A stretch of DNA of 64,000 bases. Origin: Candidatus Wolfebacteria bacterium GW2011_GWB1_47_1. Its GTDB lineage: Bacteria; Patescibacteriota; Minisyncoccia; UBA6257; UBA9933. Below, piece by piece: positions 38,799 to 49,389 of this stretch; the first letter of the stretch is position 1, and every line of letters begins with the position of its first letter. The stretch spans positions 286,866 to 350,865 of the forward strand of contig CP011209.1 of NCBI GenBank assembly GCA_001029635.1. The letters are read 5' to 3'. The translations under genes and the position numbers were made by a program. The notes under the pieces are model-generated. The model was given only the letters and a program-made list of their open reading frames with translations. It did no database searches and had not been told where the DNA came from.

Positions 38799-40481
38799 TC
38801 ATATTTCGTTTTTCGAGTCCGTTGGCCATTCGATCGGGCCGGTCACCCCCTCGACTTCATCAAACGTGGTCATGCCAGCGATGACCTTGAGAATGCCGTC
38901 CTCCTGCATGGTTGTCATGCCGTTTTCTCGGGCAAACTTGAGGAAGGTCTGTTCGCCTGCCATATTCGCGATCAATTCTTCAAGTCCAGGTTGCTTAGTA
39001 AAGAGCTCGTAGATGGCGACGCGCCCCTTGTATCCGGTATTGTTGCAGACATCGCATCCGATGGGAGCGAATAGAGTCGGCGTGTTATAAGTTGCGCGGT
39101 TGACGCGAGTGGGGAGCGCGGCGACAAACTGGTCAAACTTGCTCTTCAGATCGGCATCGAGCGGCATTGGTGTCTTGCAGTTAGTGCAGAGGCGGCGGAT
39201 GAGTCGTTGCGCGATGACGAGCGTAAGTGCCGGTCCGATGGACTGCGGCTTCACGTTTAGATCGAGCAAGCGGGGGACGGCTCCCGCGGCAGAGTTGGTA
39301 TGCAGTGTCGAGAAGACCAAATGTCCGGTGAGGGCCGCTTGGATGGCGATCTCTGCGGTTTCCTGGTCGCGTATTTCTCCGACCAGAATAACGTCAGGGT
39401 CTTGGCGCATTAATGAGCGAAGACCATTGGCAAAGGTGTATCCGCTTGCATTGTTGATCTGCGTCTGCTCGATTCCCTCGAGGTGATATTCGATTGGATC
39501 TTCAATGGTGATGATCTTTTCGGTCGGGTCCGCCTTTGCGCCGAGAAACGTATAGAGCGTGGTCGTCTTACCGGATCCGGTAGGCCCGGTATTGAGAATC
39601 ATGCCATTGGGACGGTTAAGCTCGACATTGATGATCGCAAGGTCGTCCTCGCGCAACCCAAGCTGCGGGAGCGTGATCTTGATCGCATCAGGGTCGAGTA
39701 GGCGCATAACGGCGACTTCGCCAAACTGGGCAGGGGCGATGGCAACGCGGACCTCGACATCTTTCTGGGGAAAGCGGATGGTGAAGCGGCCATCCTGCGC
39801 TTCCTTGGTAACGTTTAGTTTCAAACTTGAAAGAAGTTTGATGCGGGTCAGGAGAAACGGATAAAAATCCTTCGTAAAGGTAAAAATATCATGGAGATTA
39901 CCATCGATGCGTAGGCGTAGCTTTCCATCATGTTCACTTGGCTCAAGATGGATGTCAGATGCACGGGTGCCCATGGCACCGCGAGAAATGATCTCAAGCA
40001 CTTCGCCTGCCTTACTGGGGGAGAACTCTTCTTCGCTAAGAACTTCTTTGAGACCAGCGATTGAATTGAGTCGATCAGCGAGTTCGATGACGCGCTGTTC
40101 GATCTGCACCTTGCCAGTGATCTTCTCGGTTTCCTTTGCGACATAGCGATAATAGCTCAAGGCATAGTCCATACTGGATGGACTGACGATATAATCGGTA
40201 ACGGTATATCCCTTTGCAACAAGGTCATCCAGTGCTTGCTTTGTTTTTGCGCGGGTCGGATCCAGAGTGACAACGGCGAGCTGGTTCACCTTGCGCTCGA
40301 TGGCAGCAACAGATGCTTCGCGGGCAGTCGTTTCGGGAATCACCGAAAGAGCCTCGATATTGATCGGGGTTTTTGTAAGGGTTATATACTTTTTATTGAG
40401 CGCAACGGCACGATGCTGCGCTTCGCGCTCCTGCGCTTCCTTTTTGATGCGATCTAACTTTTGGGTTAATGTTTCTTCCAT
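38799..40481 (-). CDS. pilB: Type II/IV secretion system ATPase (PilB/GspE family)
   Basis: N-terminal GSPII_E_N region, Walker A GPTGSGKTTTLY, and the Asp/His boxes of secretion ATPases. Confidence 0.9.
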   Translation of the reverse strand: MEETLTQKLDRIKKEAQEREAQHRAVALNKKYITLTKTPINIEALSVIPETTAREASVAAIERKVNQLAVVTLDPTRAKTKQALDDLVAKGYTVTDYIVSPSSMDYALSYYRYVAKETEKITGKVQIEQRVIELADRLNSIAGLKEVLSEEEFSPSKAGEVLEIISRGAMGTRASDIHLEPSEHDGKLRLRIDGNLHDIFTFTKDFYPFLLTRIKLLSSLKLNVTKEAQDGRFTIRFPQKDVEVRVAIAPAQFGEVAVMRLLDPDAIKITLPQLGLREDDLAIINVELNRPNGMILNTGPTGSGKTTTLYTFLGAKADPTEKIITIEDPIEYHLEGIEQTQINNASGYTFANGLRSLMRQDPDVILVGEIRDQETAEIAIQAALTGHLVFSTLHTNSAAGAVPRLLDLNVKPQSIGPALTLVIAQRLIRRLCTNCKTPMPLDADLKSKFDQFVAALPTRVNRATYNTPTLFAPIGCDVCNNTGYKGRVAIYELFTKQPGLEELIANMAGEQTFLKFARENGMTTMQEDGILKVIAGMTTFDEVEGVTGPIEWPTDSKNEI

Positions 40482-40488
40482 ATTTGGT

Positions 40489-40516
40489 TTGTCATTCCCG
40501 CCTCCGCGAGAATGAC
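40489..40516. repeat. Minimal REP-like hairpin copy
   Basis: gtcattcccgcctccgcgagaatgacac, the same motif as at 38694-38716. Confidence 0.55.
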
Positions 40517-40678
40517 ACTGCGTTGCTTGTATTATAGAGAATTTTGAGATTTCTTACGAGCCCCGTTAGAGACATCTATATATCTAAAATAAATTTTATT
40601 CTATAAGTATATGTAATGGAGGTTTATAACGGGGGGGCGAGGGCAATCAAAAAAGCCCTTGTGGACTTTTTGTGATGT

Positions 40679-40963
40679 TTACATTTCCTGCGTTTCGCGC
40701 GGGATTCTCGTGGAACCTTCCGGTTCGACGATTTTAAGATTTACGCGTGCGTGGTTTTTGACACCCACGATGCGAAGGAGGGAGCGGATCGCTTTTGCGG
40801 TGGATCCTTGTCGTCCGACGATCTGACCCATGTCGAGCGGGTTTACTCGCAAACTAAGGAGTACCCCCATCTCATCGACCTTGCGCTCGACTACTACCTC
40901 TTCAGGGTGATCGACGATTGACTTGACGAGAAACTCGAGGAATGCCTGGTCTTTTTCTTCCAT
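40679..40963 (-). CDS. KH-domain RNA-binding protein (YlqC/KhpA-like)
   Basis: IVGRQGSTAKAIRSL KH GxxG motif. Conserved position downstream of rpsP. Confidence 0.75.
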   Translation of the reverse strand: MEEKDQAFLEFLVKSIVDHPEEVVVERKVDEMGVLLSLRVNPLDMGQIVGRQGSTAKAIRSLLRIVGVKNHARVNLKIVEPEGSTRIPRETQEM

Positions 40964-41100
40964 GTCTCTGATTGCTGTTCGTATGCTACGTTCGTGCTAT
41001 GCGACCTTTGAATTTTAAATATGGTATAAGTATACGGATTATCGAAAAATATTACAATAAAAAATCCTCCGCGCTGGGCGGAGGATTTTTTAAATGGAAA

Positions 41101-41556
41101 TTATTCAGTAGGAGCTTCTTCGGCTGCTTCAACTGGTGCGTCTTCTACAGCTTCTTGTGCTGCGGCTGCAGCCTCTGCTTCGGCAGCTTTGGCAGCCTTG
41201 GCTTCTTCTGAGGCCTTTGCTTCAGCTTCGGCCTTGGCCTTTGCTGCAGCTTCAGCTGCCTTGCGCGGAGCATCTAATGCTTCCTGATGTGCCTTGATAT
41301 CGTGTGAGGACTTTTTCTTGCCCTTAATAACGCCATCCTTCACAAAGATGTTGTGTACGGTGTCGGTCGGCTGGGCTCCTACACTGATCCAATAGGCTGC
41401 ACGCTCCTTGTTTACGGAATGCGCTTTATCGCGCGGATTCCAGAATCCAAGGTCTTCAACATATTTCCCACCCATTTTTGATCGCTTTTCTGCGACTACG
41501 ATGCGGAAGGTCGGCTGGTGCTTCTTCCCGATTCGATTTAACTTTATTGCTAACAT
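41101..41556 (-). CDS. rpsP: 30S ribosomal protein S16 with an Ala/Glu/Lys-rich C-terminal extension
   Basis: MLAIKLNRIGKKHQPTFRIVVAEKRSKMGGKYVEDLGFWNP. The ORF track extends to 41700 but the S16 start is the Met at 41556. Confidence 0.85.
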   Translation of the reverse strand: MLAIKLNRIGKKHQPTFRIVVAEKRSKMGGKYVEDLGFWNPRDKAHSVNKERAAYWISVGAQPTDTVHNIFVKDGVIKGKKKSSHDIKAHQEALDAPRKAAEAAAKAKAEAEAKASEEAKAAKAAEAEAAAAAQEAVEDAPVEAAEEAPTE

Positions 41557-41684
41557 AGTTGTAGTAGAATACTGAATAACCGGAAAAAATGCAAGGGCTA
41601 GGCGATATAATTGACCAAAAGCAAAGAATGTGGTAATTATGAATACAGCACGCAAAAACATGAACAAAAAGGGAGGTCGGTAGT

Positions 41685-42047
41685 ATGGTACGAGAAACAA
41701 TTTTAGTGGTAAGTGGAAAAAGTGAGATGGTCACAGGCGTGATCACGGCGCTAGGATGCAATGAGATTAATACGGCAGCCAATAGGGCGATTCGGGTAGT
41801 TGAGCGTTTCATTGGTGAGTTCGGACAGGGGATCCCTGTTGCTATCGTACATGAGGAGAATCCGGATACCGTGAGTGTACTTGCGGACAGGCTAAAGCGC
41901 GTCTGCGGCAGTACGCATGTCATCGTGATGTCGTCGAGGATTGGGTATCCGACTCGCGACGCCGATCGAGAATACGATGCGATCATCCCGTATAGCGAGG
42001 GGGCCTTGAGGGATATAGTAGAGTCCTTCCTGGATATAAAGGGGTAA
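41685..42047 (+). CDS. Small CheY-like receiver-domain-only protein (paralog 1; acceptor Asp apparently replaced)
   Basis: Flavodoxin-like beta-alpha pattern ILVVSGKSEM...VAIVHEENPD. SD AGGGAGG upstream. Confidence 0.35.
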   Translation: MVRETILVVSGKSEMVTGVITALGCNEINTAANRAIRVVERFIGEFGQGIPVAIVHEENPDTVSVLADRLKRVCGSTHVIVMSSRIGYPTRDADREYDAIIPYSEGALRDIVESFLDIKG

Positions 42048-42144
42048 TGATACGGCGGGCTTTAGCCCGCTTTTTTGTTGACTAAGTATTTGAATGTGTG
42101 GTATTCCTAAGGCAGCTATTATTGTTACGAATAAAGGAGGGGCT

Positions 42145-42510
42145 ATGCGAGCGAGTGTTCTGGTTGTCGGGGATGAAATCGTAAAGACGGGGGAAGGCGA
42201 GTTGTTTCACTGCCTTGCGGGGGATGCGTTCGAGCGGGTGTATCATGTTGGCTTTATAGATGCGTTCGAGCAGTACCGGGAGACAGCCGAGGACGGCTGG
42301 AGTATGGTCATCATCGACGGCGGTCTGAATGAAAATATTATGCAGCTGATGAATCAACTGCGCGATGTGAATGCAGACCAGCAGATCGTCGTGGTTGACA
42401 AAGGGTTCGCAGAGATCGTTGAGTTCTCTCGCGCAGGCATTATCGTCCCGCGTGATGGGGAGATCCTGTCGCGTGCATTGCGGGAGCTCGGAATGGGAGC
42501 CTCGGTATAA
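42145..42510 (+). CDS. Small CheY-like receiver-domain-only protein (paralog 2)
   Basis: VLVVGDE...MVIIDGGL...IVVVDKG. SD AAAGGAGG 7 nt upstream of the ATG at 42145 (ORF track starts at 42094). Has its own terminator-promoter module. Confidence 0.4.
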   Translation: MRASVLVVGDEIVKTGEGELFHCLAGDAFERVYHVGFIDAFEQYRETAEDGWSMVIIDGGLNENIMQLMNQLRDVNADQQIVVVDKGFAEIVEFSRAGIIVPRDGEILSRALRELGMGASV

Positions 42511-42578
42511 TCGACTAGTAGGAAACCCTCGGTGGGTATACAAAAACGCCGGTCCAAGACCGGCGCTTTTTTTATTTG

Positions 42579-44780
42579 TCATACGACTTCGGGAGACCCG
42601 AACTGTACGGAGAGGAGTTTTGACGTGCCATCCTCATTCATGGTGACGCCATAGAGCACGTCGGCAACTTCCATGATCGTGCGGTTGTGGGTCACGACGA
42701 TGAATTGTACCTTGTGCGCGAACTCCTTGATGAGATGAGCGAACCGTTCGGAGTTTCGTTCATCGAGTGGCGCGTCAATCTCATCGAGTACAAGAAATGG
42801 GGGAGGGCTGACGGATATGAGCGCAAAAAGCGCTGCGATCGAGACGAGACTCTTCTCTCCTCCCGAAAGGACATCAAGACTATTGATGCGCTTTTTTGGA
42901 AGGGATAGCTCGATCTCGATGCCTGCCTGGAGCGGCTCGTCATTCTGTCGAGATTCCTCCAGTTCGGATACTTCCCCGCTCAGTTCTTCGACGATATGCT
43001 CGATGCTGTGCGTTTTGATCTTCATCTTCGCCGATCCGCCACCGAACATCAAACGGAAGAAATGATTAAACTGGTCGTTAATGTCCTTGAACGCATTGTT
43101 GAATTTTCCGCTTACATCGCGCTTGAGTTCTTCGACAAGTTCGGCAAGGTCGACGGATGCCTTCTCAAGATCGGCCGACTGGGTGGTTAGGTGTGTATGA
43201 TGTGCTTCTACCTCATTTGCCTCGGTGATAAGCGTTTCATCAACGTCTCCGATCGAAAGCAGTTCTGCACGAAGGCGGAATATCTGACGCTCCAAGTCTA
43301 AAAGATCCTGGTCGCTGAGTCCTTCGGTCGCGATAAGCATATCAAACTGTGATTCGGCGCGATCGTTGCGGATCCATTCCGATCGAAGATCATCGAGACG
43401 GATAGACAACTTTTCGTTTTCAAAGGCGAGGTGTTGGATGCGACTTTCGATGGCCCGGATTTCTTCCCGTTTTATTTCCTTGCGTCCGAAGGCTTCGCGG
43501 AAGCGACTGTTAAAATCTTCCAGTCCCTGTGAAAGGGATTCCTGTGTAGAGCGGACTGTGGCTAATTGCTCGTCGAGTTCGGCGAGTGACGTAAGGAGGG
43601 TTGTCTTTTCGCGTTCGATCTCTTCTTGTGCCGCGGAATAATCGGGCTTGGGAAGGTCGAGTTTCGGGGGATTGAGATAGGATTCGATCTTCGCAATAAC
43701 TGATTTAATGGTTTGGGAAAGATGGGCAGAATCTTCAGAATCGGCGCTGGTATCGAGTGCGTGCTTGATCTGGCGGATGAGGGCGAGCATCTCGTCCTTG
43801 CGATAGACTACGCCCTGATCGGATGTCGTATCGGTTGAGAATTCAAGCTTTGCTTCAAGGCGCGCAATGTCCTTTTGTAGCTGAAATCGCTTAGTAAGTA
43901 ATTCGGTTTCCTGCGCCTTGAGCGCTGATGTTTCCGTGTGCTGATCCTTAGTTGATTCGATTGTTGTGAGTGTATGCTCGAGTTCGGTCAATTCGTGTTG
44001 CTTTGCGCCGATACTATTCTGGAGATCGTGCAGTACGGAATTGTTCTGCCGCAGTGCGAATTTGAGAGCAATGGTTTTGGTTCCAAAGTACGTATTCTCG
44101 GACGCGATGAGCTCGTCCTGTTTTTGGTCACGGGTCTGGTACTTTGCGACCTGCCGCTTGAGCATGCGCAGACGGGGAGTGACTTCCTCGATCATGATCC
44201 GGACCTTTTCAAGATTATTAGCCGTATTCTTGAGCTTGCGCTCTGCCTCGAGCTTCTTGAGCTGATATTCCTTAAGTCCGAGAATCTCTTCGATCATAAA
44301 TCGGCGCTCCTGGGGAGTGGCACGGACAAAAAGATCACTCGATCCTTGATTGATGATAGTGAGTCCACGGGTGCCGAGACGCGCGCGGGCAAAGAAATCG
44401 ATGATATCCTTTGCGCGAACATCGGATTTGTTCAATGCGTAGGTCGAGTTGCCGTCGCGGGAGATTTCCCGACTGACGGATACTTCGTCAAAGTCGAGCG
44501 GAAAGAATTTCTCGCTGTTGTCGAAGTTGATGCTGACCTGTGCTATTCCGGAGCGTGCACGTTTTGGGGTGCCGGCGAAGATAAGATCCTCCGCTTTGGC
44601 TCCGCGAAGATTCTTCGCTTCCCGTTCGCCAAGGATCCACCGGATCGCATCGATGACGTTTGACTTGCCACTTCCGTTCGGTCCGACGATGGCAGTAATG
44701 CCGCCGGGGAATTCCAATACGGTCTTTTGTGCAAACGATTTAAATCCATTCAGTTCAAGTGATTTCAATAACATATCCAT
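42579..44780 (-). CDS. smc: SMC-family chromosome segregation ATPase (compact, 733 aa)
   Basis: N-terminus FKSFAQKTVLEFPGGITAIVGPNGSGKSNVIDAIRWILGE. C-terminal LSGGEKSLVSIAALFALI signature plus Walker B LVLDEIDAPLD. Long coiled coils. Confidence 0.75.
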   Translation of the reverse strand: MDMLLKSLELNGFKSFAQKTVLEFPGGITAIVGPNGSGKSNVIDAIRWILGEREAKNLRGAKAEDLIFAGTPKRARSGIAQVSINFDNSEKFFPLDFDEVSVSREISRDGNSTYALNKSDVRAKDIIDFFARARLGTRGLTIINQGSSDLFVRATPQERRFMIEEILGLKEYQLKKLEAERKLKNTANNLEKVRIMIEEVTPRLRMLKRQVAKYQTRDQKQDELIASENTYFGTKTIALKFALRQNNSVLHDLQNSIGAKQHELTELEHTLTTIESTKDQHTETSALKAQETELLTKRFQLQKDIARLEAKLEFSTDTTSDQGVVYRKDEMLALIRQIKHALDTSADSEDSAHLSQTIKSVIAKIESYLNPPKLDLPKPDYSAAQEEIEREKTTLLTSLAELDEQLATVRSTQESLSQGLEDFNSRFREAFGRKEIKREEIRAIESRIQHLAFENEKLSIRLDDLRSEWIRNDRAESQFDMLIATEGLSDQDLLDLERQIFRLRAELLSIGDVDETLITEANEVEAHHTHLTTQSADLEKASVDLAELVEELKRDVSGKFNNAFKDINDQFNHFFRLMFGGGSAKMKIKTHSIEHIVEELSGEVSELEESRQNDEPLQAGIEIELSLPKKRINSLDVLSGGEKSLVSIAALFALISVSPPPFLVLDEIDAPLDERNSERFAHLIKEFAHKVQFIVVTHNRTIMEVADVLYGVTMNEDGTSKLLSVQFGSPEVV

Positions 44781-44976
44781 TCAAGAATACCAGGGAAAGG
44801 GGGATAAGGAAATAGGAAAATGAGCAAATGCTTGACTGAGTTGATAAATCGTTGCATACTACTGGCAGAATAATTTATCAATTGAGGAGAAGCTATTCGG
44901 TCGCGAAGTACGAGCGGGTATGCCATACATCGGGCTTCGATGGGTCGCCAAACTAAATAGAAAGGAGCTACATATG

Positions 44977-45315
44977 CAAACCAGTACCACATTGGACGGG
45001 TTCAGTATCGTAGTCGGCGGAGAGATTGCGGGAACGTTGTACTTCCTCGGCGTTGAGGTAGTAAGCGGCGCATACAACTTCCTGCTCTGTTCGAATGGGG
45101 AGGTGGACGGGCTCACGTATATTTGCGAGGGTGCTTTTGATGAGGTTGTTCGCCTTGTCGATCACCGGGGTGGCTCCGGGAATGTCTTTATCGGGAAGCG
45201 GGTCATCGGACGGAACCTCGGCCTTGAGGTGTTCGACGAGCAGATGCGGTTTGCAGGTGAGCTCGTCAGGCACCTGGAACACAAGATCGAAGCGCAGCAG
45301 CCCAAAAAGAAGTGA
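44977..45315 (+). CDS. Hypothetical protein
   Basis: SD AAAGGAGC plus ATG at 44977 (ORF track starts at 44920). Ends at the bidirectional terminator. Confidence 0.35.
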   Translation, partial: QTSTTLDGFSIVVGGEIAGTLYFLGVEVVSGAYNFLLCSNGEVDGLTYICEGAFDEVVRLVDHRGGSGNVFIGKRVIGRNLGLEVFDEQMRFAGELVRHLEHKIEAQQPKKK

Positions 45316-45329
45316 TAGGCCTTGACCTA

Positions 45330-45360
45330 CCAAAAGCCCCGTCGGCGCGACGGGGCTTTA
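45330..45360. terminator. Bidirectional terminator
   Basis: gccccgtcg-gcg-cgacggggc flanked by A4 and T3. Confidence 0.6.
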
Positions 45361-45371
45361 TCATAAGCGTA

Positions 45372-46082
45372 TTATTCGGTTTCAAACTTCTTTAATGCAT
45401 TTTTTGCGGCTTCGATCTCCGCCTCCTGCTTGGAAAATCCCTTTCCTCGGGCGGCGAATTCTTCTCCGAAGTAGACACCGATCTCGAATATCTTGTTATG
45501 GTCAGGGCCTTCTTCGCTCAGTACGACATAGCGCGGGGTCAGCTTGTATCGTTCCTGTACGATTTCCTGCAAATGACTCTTGGGATCCTTGTGTAGCTTC
45601 TTCTCGACGATCTCGTCGGAATGAGTGAGAACATGTTCGGTTATGAACGCTGCTACAGGCGTATAGCCCTGGTCGAGATAAATTGCACCGATCAATGATT
45701 CGAATGCGTTGGCGAGGATAACTTCCTTGGCGCGCGCAGTGTCCTTTGCCTCGCCGCGGGAGAGGAGGATAGATCCGTGCATCTTGATGCTATCGGCAAT
45801 ACGGGCAAGGATCTGATAATTTACGAGTGCCGCGCGGATACTGGTCAATTCTCCCTCGGGAGAGTTGGGGTAGGCATGGAACAGGTGTTCGGTCACGACG
45901 AGCTCCAATACGGCATCGCCTAAAAACTCAAGCCGTTCGTTGTGCGGAACGCCCCATTTTGGATTTTCGTTGAGATAGGAACGGTGAGTAAGAGCTTCTT
46001 TAAGGAGGTCGAGATTTTTAAATTGAATCCCGATTGTTTGCTGTAGTTTTTCAAACTGATTCATGATTAAACCATTGTTCAA
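45372..46082 (-). CDS. rnc: Ribonuclease III
   Basis: ERLEFLGDAVLELVVTEHLF RNase III signature plus a C-terminal dsRBD. Confidence 0.9.
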   Translation of the reverse strand: MNNGLIMNQFEKLQQTIGIQFKNLDLLKEALTHRSYLNENPKWGVPHNERLEFLGDAVLELVVTEHLFHAYPNSPEGELTSIRAALVNYQILARIADSIKMHGSILLSRGEAKDTARAKEVILANAFESLIGAIYLDQGYTPVAAFITEHVLTHSDEIVEKKLHKDPKSHLQEIVQERYKLTPRYVVLSEEGPDHNKIFEIGVYFGEEFAARGKGFSKQEAEIEAAKNALKKFETE

Positions 46083-46169
46083 TTACGCATTACGGATTGC
46101 GAATTGAAATTCGTAATACGTAATCCGCAATAAAGCAATAAATAATGTATTGATATTACGGTAAGTTGT

Positions 46170-46652
46170 TTACTCGGCTGCCGGATCCTGCTCGGGTGTT
46201 GACGCGGATTCCTGGACAGGGTGCATTTCTTTGAATACGGTGCCAAGTACGCCGTTGATGAACTTGCCGGAATTCGGGCCACCAAAATTCTTCGCAAGCT
46301 CGATGGCTTCGTTGATAGCAACCTTCTCGGGAATCTCGTCGTGATCAGCAAAAAGCAGTTCATATAATCCGATACGGAGTACGTTGCGATCGATGACCGG
46401 AATCTGATCAATCGGCCACTGCGGAGCTGCTCGGCGAATGATATCGTCGATCTCGGTCATGTGAGAGATGATGCCATTGATAAGCTTCCATGCAAATTCA
46501 GGCTCATCGATGCCTGCGCCGAATTCGGTAAGGTTTCGTTCGATGACCGTGGTTAATTCTTCTTTCTGTTTATAAAAATCCCATTCGTACAATGACTGTA
46601 ATATGATAGACCGAATTAAGTGTCGTGTTGCCATAAAATGTGCTATCGCCAT
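46170..46652 (-). CDS. nusB: Transcription antitermination factor NusB
   Basis: [23 protein letters not shown] and INEAIELAK motifs. The ORF track extends to 46817 but the NusB start is at about 46634-46652. Confidence 0.75.
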   Translation of the reverse strand: MAIAHFMATRHLIRSIILQSLYEWDFYKQKEELTTVIERNLTEFGAGIDEPEFAWKLINGIISHMTEIDDIIRRAAPQWPIDQIPVIDRNVLRIGLYELLFADHDEIPEKVAINEAIELAKNFGGPNSGKFINGVLGTVFKEMHPVQESASTPEQDPAAE

Positions 46653-46829
46653 GCGCGGCCGACGAACTGCTGCGTTGAGGAGCTTCGGTACTGCGGTCGT
46701 CGTACCGGTAAGTACGCCTTTCTTGTACCGTCTCCGCGCCTTGCATTTCATTCGGCGGCACATGCCGCTGATATCTATCTCTTTAGTATAGAATAAAATT
46801 GCCGACAGCAAAAGCAATCGGCAATAATA

Positions 46830-47036
46830 TTATTTCGTTGCTTCTTTTTTGACGCGCAATCGAGGAGCCTTTACGACAGATCCCTTGTAGCTTCCGCAGT
46901 TTCCGCACATACGGTGCGGCATAACAGGGGCCTGGCAGCTCGGGCAGACTGCGATCTGGCTCGGCTTAAGGGCTAAGTGTGATCGTCGTCGTCCAACTTT
47001 TGATTTAGTGTGATGTTTTACTGGTACTCCACCCAT
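46830..47036 (-). CDS. rpmF: 50S ribosomal protein L32
   Basis: KSKVGRRRSHLAL...CPSC...CGNCGSYKG zinc-ribbon L32. Confidence 0.85.
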   Translation of the reverse strand: MGGVPVKHHTKSKVGRRRSHLALKPSQIAVCPSCQAPVMPHRMCGNCGSYKGSVVKAPRLRVKKEATK

Positions 47037-47162
47037 AGTGATTGAACTCTAGTGAATAAATGAGCCCTTAGGCCCGTATCTAGAGAATAATAGGGAAATA
47101 AAGGGCAAATGTCAAATAAAACTGCCCGCGCAAGGCGAGCAGTGAGAAAACGATAAGGAAGA

Positions 47163-47507
47163 TTACGCCCCAGTACCACTTTTGGATTCGTAGCCGGCTC
47201 CATCCAGCCTGGATAGGGAATAGAAATCGCAACGCGACTTTCCCCAGATCATGGCCCAGAATAGTGTAGTAGAGGCCCAGCCGGCAATCGTGAACACTTT
47301 GGTATTGGGCGTGGACATGGCGATGAGAAAAGTGGTCCATGCCAGTAAGAGTGGCCATTTGGGGGCTATGACCCATTGGCCATATCCCCAAGGGGAATGT
47401 CCCTCATCGCAGCCGACCTCGCAGAACCCGCGAGCGGCGAGTCGAATCAGGATCCACATACAGGAAACGACTGTTACGGTGTGTAGTAGAATGAAAACGA
47501 AGCGCAT
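47163..47507 (-). CDS. Hypothetical small membrane protein (~114 aa, 3 TM)
   Basis: SD GGAGGTAGCC plus ATG at 47507. The longer ORF-track version (to 47798) would overlap ruvB and is rejected. Confidence 0.4.
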   Translation of the reverse strand: MRFVFILLHTVTVVSCMWILIRLAARGFCEVGCDEGHSPWGYGQWVIAPKWPLLLAWTTFLIAMSTPNTKVFTIAGWASTTLFWAMIWGKSRCDFYSLSRLDGAGYESKSGTGA

Positions 47508-47600
47508 GACGGCTACCTCCTTAATACGATAGAGAAATTTCTGCTTGTACGATACGGGAGATTGACATAAAAAACAAGACTCCTGTGTGGGTGCAACTTT

Positions 47601-48638
47601 TTGTTTCCCATCTCCTATGATAGGATAAAACCAATGAACGGGAACCCGATGGAACAAAAGAAAGGAGAGCAAGATTTTCAGATCGACACGTTGTTGCGAC
47701 CGGATAATTGGGATTCCTATATAGGACAGGAGCGTATTAAGGCGAACGTGAAGATCATGATCGAGGCCGCGCAAAAGCGCGGGGAGCGACCTGATCACCT
47801 ACTCTTCTATGGCCCGCAGGGGCTAGGCAAGACGACGATCGCGAATCTGATCGCAAAGGAAATGGGTGCGCAGTTACGTATTACTTCGGGTGTAAACCTG
47901 GAAAAGACGGGAGACCTAGTGTCGACGCTTGCGAATCTCGAAGAAGGGGATATTTTGTTCGTTGATGAAGCACACCGCATCAACCGAACAATCGAGGAAA
48001 TTCTCTACCCGGCGATGGAGAGTAGAAAGCTTCATATGATGGTAGGGAAGGGGCCGGCGGCACGGCAGCTGACGCTCGACTTGCCGGCATTCACGCTGAT
48101 CGCAGCGACAACGCGCGTAAATTTGTTGTCCGCTCCGCTCCGCTCCCGTTTTGGCGCGATCTTCAGTATGGACTATTATGAGCAGGCGCATATCGAAGAG
48201 ATTATCCGTCGATCGGCGGGGATTCTCGGATTACAGATCGAAAGTGGTGCGGTTGCGTCGATTGCTCGTGCTGCGCGTTTTACGCCGCGAACGGCAAACC
48301 GGTTACTCAAGCGTGTGCGCGATTATGCCCAGGTGCACAACATGGCGACGATCGGGGAGGAGGCGGTCTACGACACGCTCGAGATGCTGGAGATCGATGA
48401 ACTTGGCCTGGAGAAATGGGATAGAAAGTTACTGGAAAGCATCATTAAGAAGTTTAAAGGAGGTCCAGTTGGTCTCAATACACTAGTTGCCATTCTAGGT
48501 GAGGATAAAGGGACGGTTGAGGAGATCTATGAACCCTTCCTTATTAAGATGGGATTGTTGCAGAAGACGCCATCAGGACGTGTGGTCACCGACGAGGCGT
48601 ATGATCATTTGAATTTAAGACAGTTTAAGGTACAATGA
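47601..48638 (+). CDS. ruvB: Holliday junction branch-migration helicase RuvB
   Basis: LRP..W..YIGQE, Walker A GPQGLGKTT, sensor and arginine finger, C-terminal winged helix. Confidence 0.9.
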   Translation: MFPISYDRIKPMNGNPMEQKKGEQDFQIDTLLRPDNWDSYIGQERIKANVKIMIEAAQKRGERPDHLLFYGPQGLGKTTIANLIAKEMGAQLRITSGVNLEKTGDLVSTLANLEEGDILFVDEAHRINRTIEEILYPAMESRKLHMMVGKGPAARQLTLDLPAFTLIAATTRVNLLSAPLRSRFGAIFSMDYYEQAHIEEIIRRSAGILGLQIESGAVASIARAARFTPRTANRLLKRVRDYAQVHNMATIGEEAVYDTLEMLEIDELGLEKWDRKLLESIIKKFKGGPVGLNTLVAILGEDKGTVEEIYEPFLIKMGLLQKTPSGRVVTDEAYDHLNLRQFKVQ

Positions 48639-48651
48639 CCACTACACGATT

Positions 48652-49389
48652 ATGAGTTATTTATTCAATACCTATCTATATATACCGTTATACAACGCAT
48701 TGATCTATCTCTACGACAAGGCGTCGTGGGGAGACTTAGGCATTGCGATCATCGTATTGACGATACTGGTCCGTATCGTACTCTATCCGTTCTTCTACAA
48801 AGGGGCGAAGGATCAGGCGATCATGCAAAAGATCGCACCGAAGCTCAAGGAGATTCAAACGAAGCTTAAGGATGACAAACAGAAGCAGGTTGAGCAGATG
48901 ATGGCGCTCTATAAGGAGCATAAGGTAAATCCGTTTTCCGCATTCTTCCTATTATTGGTAGTGCAGTTGCCGATCCTATTCGCAATGTTCAAAGTGTTTA
49001 CGACGGGGCTTAAGACAATGCCTCAGGATATTCTCTATGCATTTGTCCCACACGTTGAAACATTAAATTATTCGTTCTTGGGCATCATGGACCTTTCTCA
49101 AAAGAATATGCTCTTGATCGTATTGACCGCAGTTGCGCAATATTATCAGGCGAAGTTGACCTTGCCTAAAAGTAACAAGGCATTCAAAGATCTTGAAATG
49201 GCGGAAATGATGGGGAGGCAGATGATGTATATGGGGCCAATATTGACGGTGGTCGTATTACTCGCCATGCCATCGGCGATCGCATTGTACTGGCTGACAA
49301 CAACCTTGTTTTCTATCGGACAACAGGTCATAATCAACAAAAAGATAAACATCGTTAAGGATCATGGAAAACTCACTGTCGCTGAATGA
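48652..49389 (+). CDS. yidC: Membrane protein insertase YidC (short form)
   Basis: 5-TM Oxa1/YidC core with KLKEIQTKLKDDKQKQVEQMMALYKEHKVNP. Confidence 0.8.
   Translation: MSYLFNTYLYIPLYNALIYLYDKASWGDLGIAIIVLTILVRIVLYPFFYKGAKDQAIMQKIAPKLKEIQTKLKDDKQKQVEQMMALYKEHKVNPFSAFFLLLVVQLPILFAMFKVFTTGLKTMPQDILYAFVPHVETLNYSFLGIMDLSQKNMLLIVLTAVAQYYQAKLTLPKSNKAFKDLEMAEMMGRQMMYMGPILTVVVLLAMPSAIALYWLTTTLFSIGQQVIINKKINIVKDHGKLTVAE

Noticed and set aside
47163-47798. 211-aa minus-strand ORF
   Set aside because: Its upstream half overlaps the ruvB start and has no membrane or protein-like composition. Only the downstream 114-aa portion with an SD (47163-47507) was kept.
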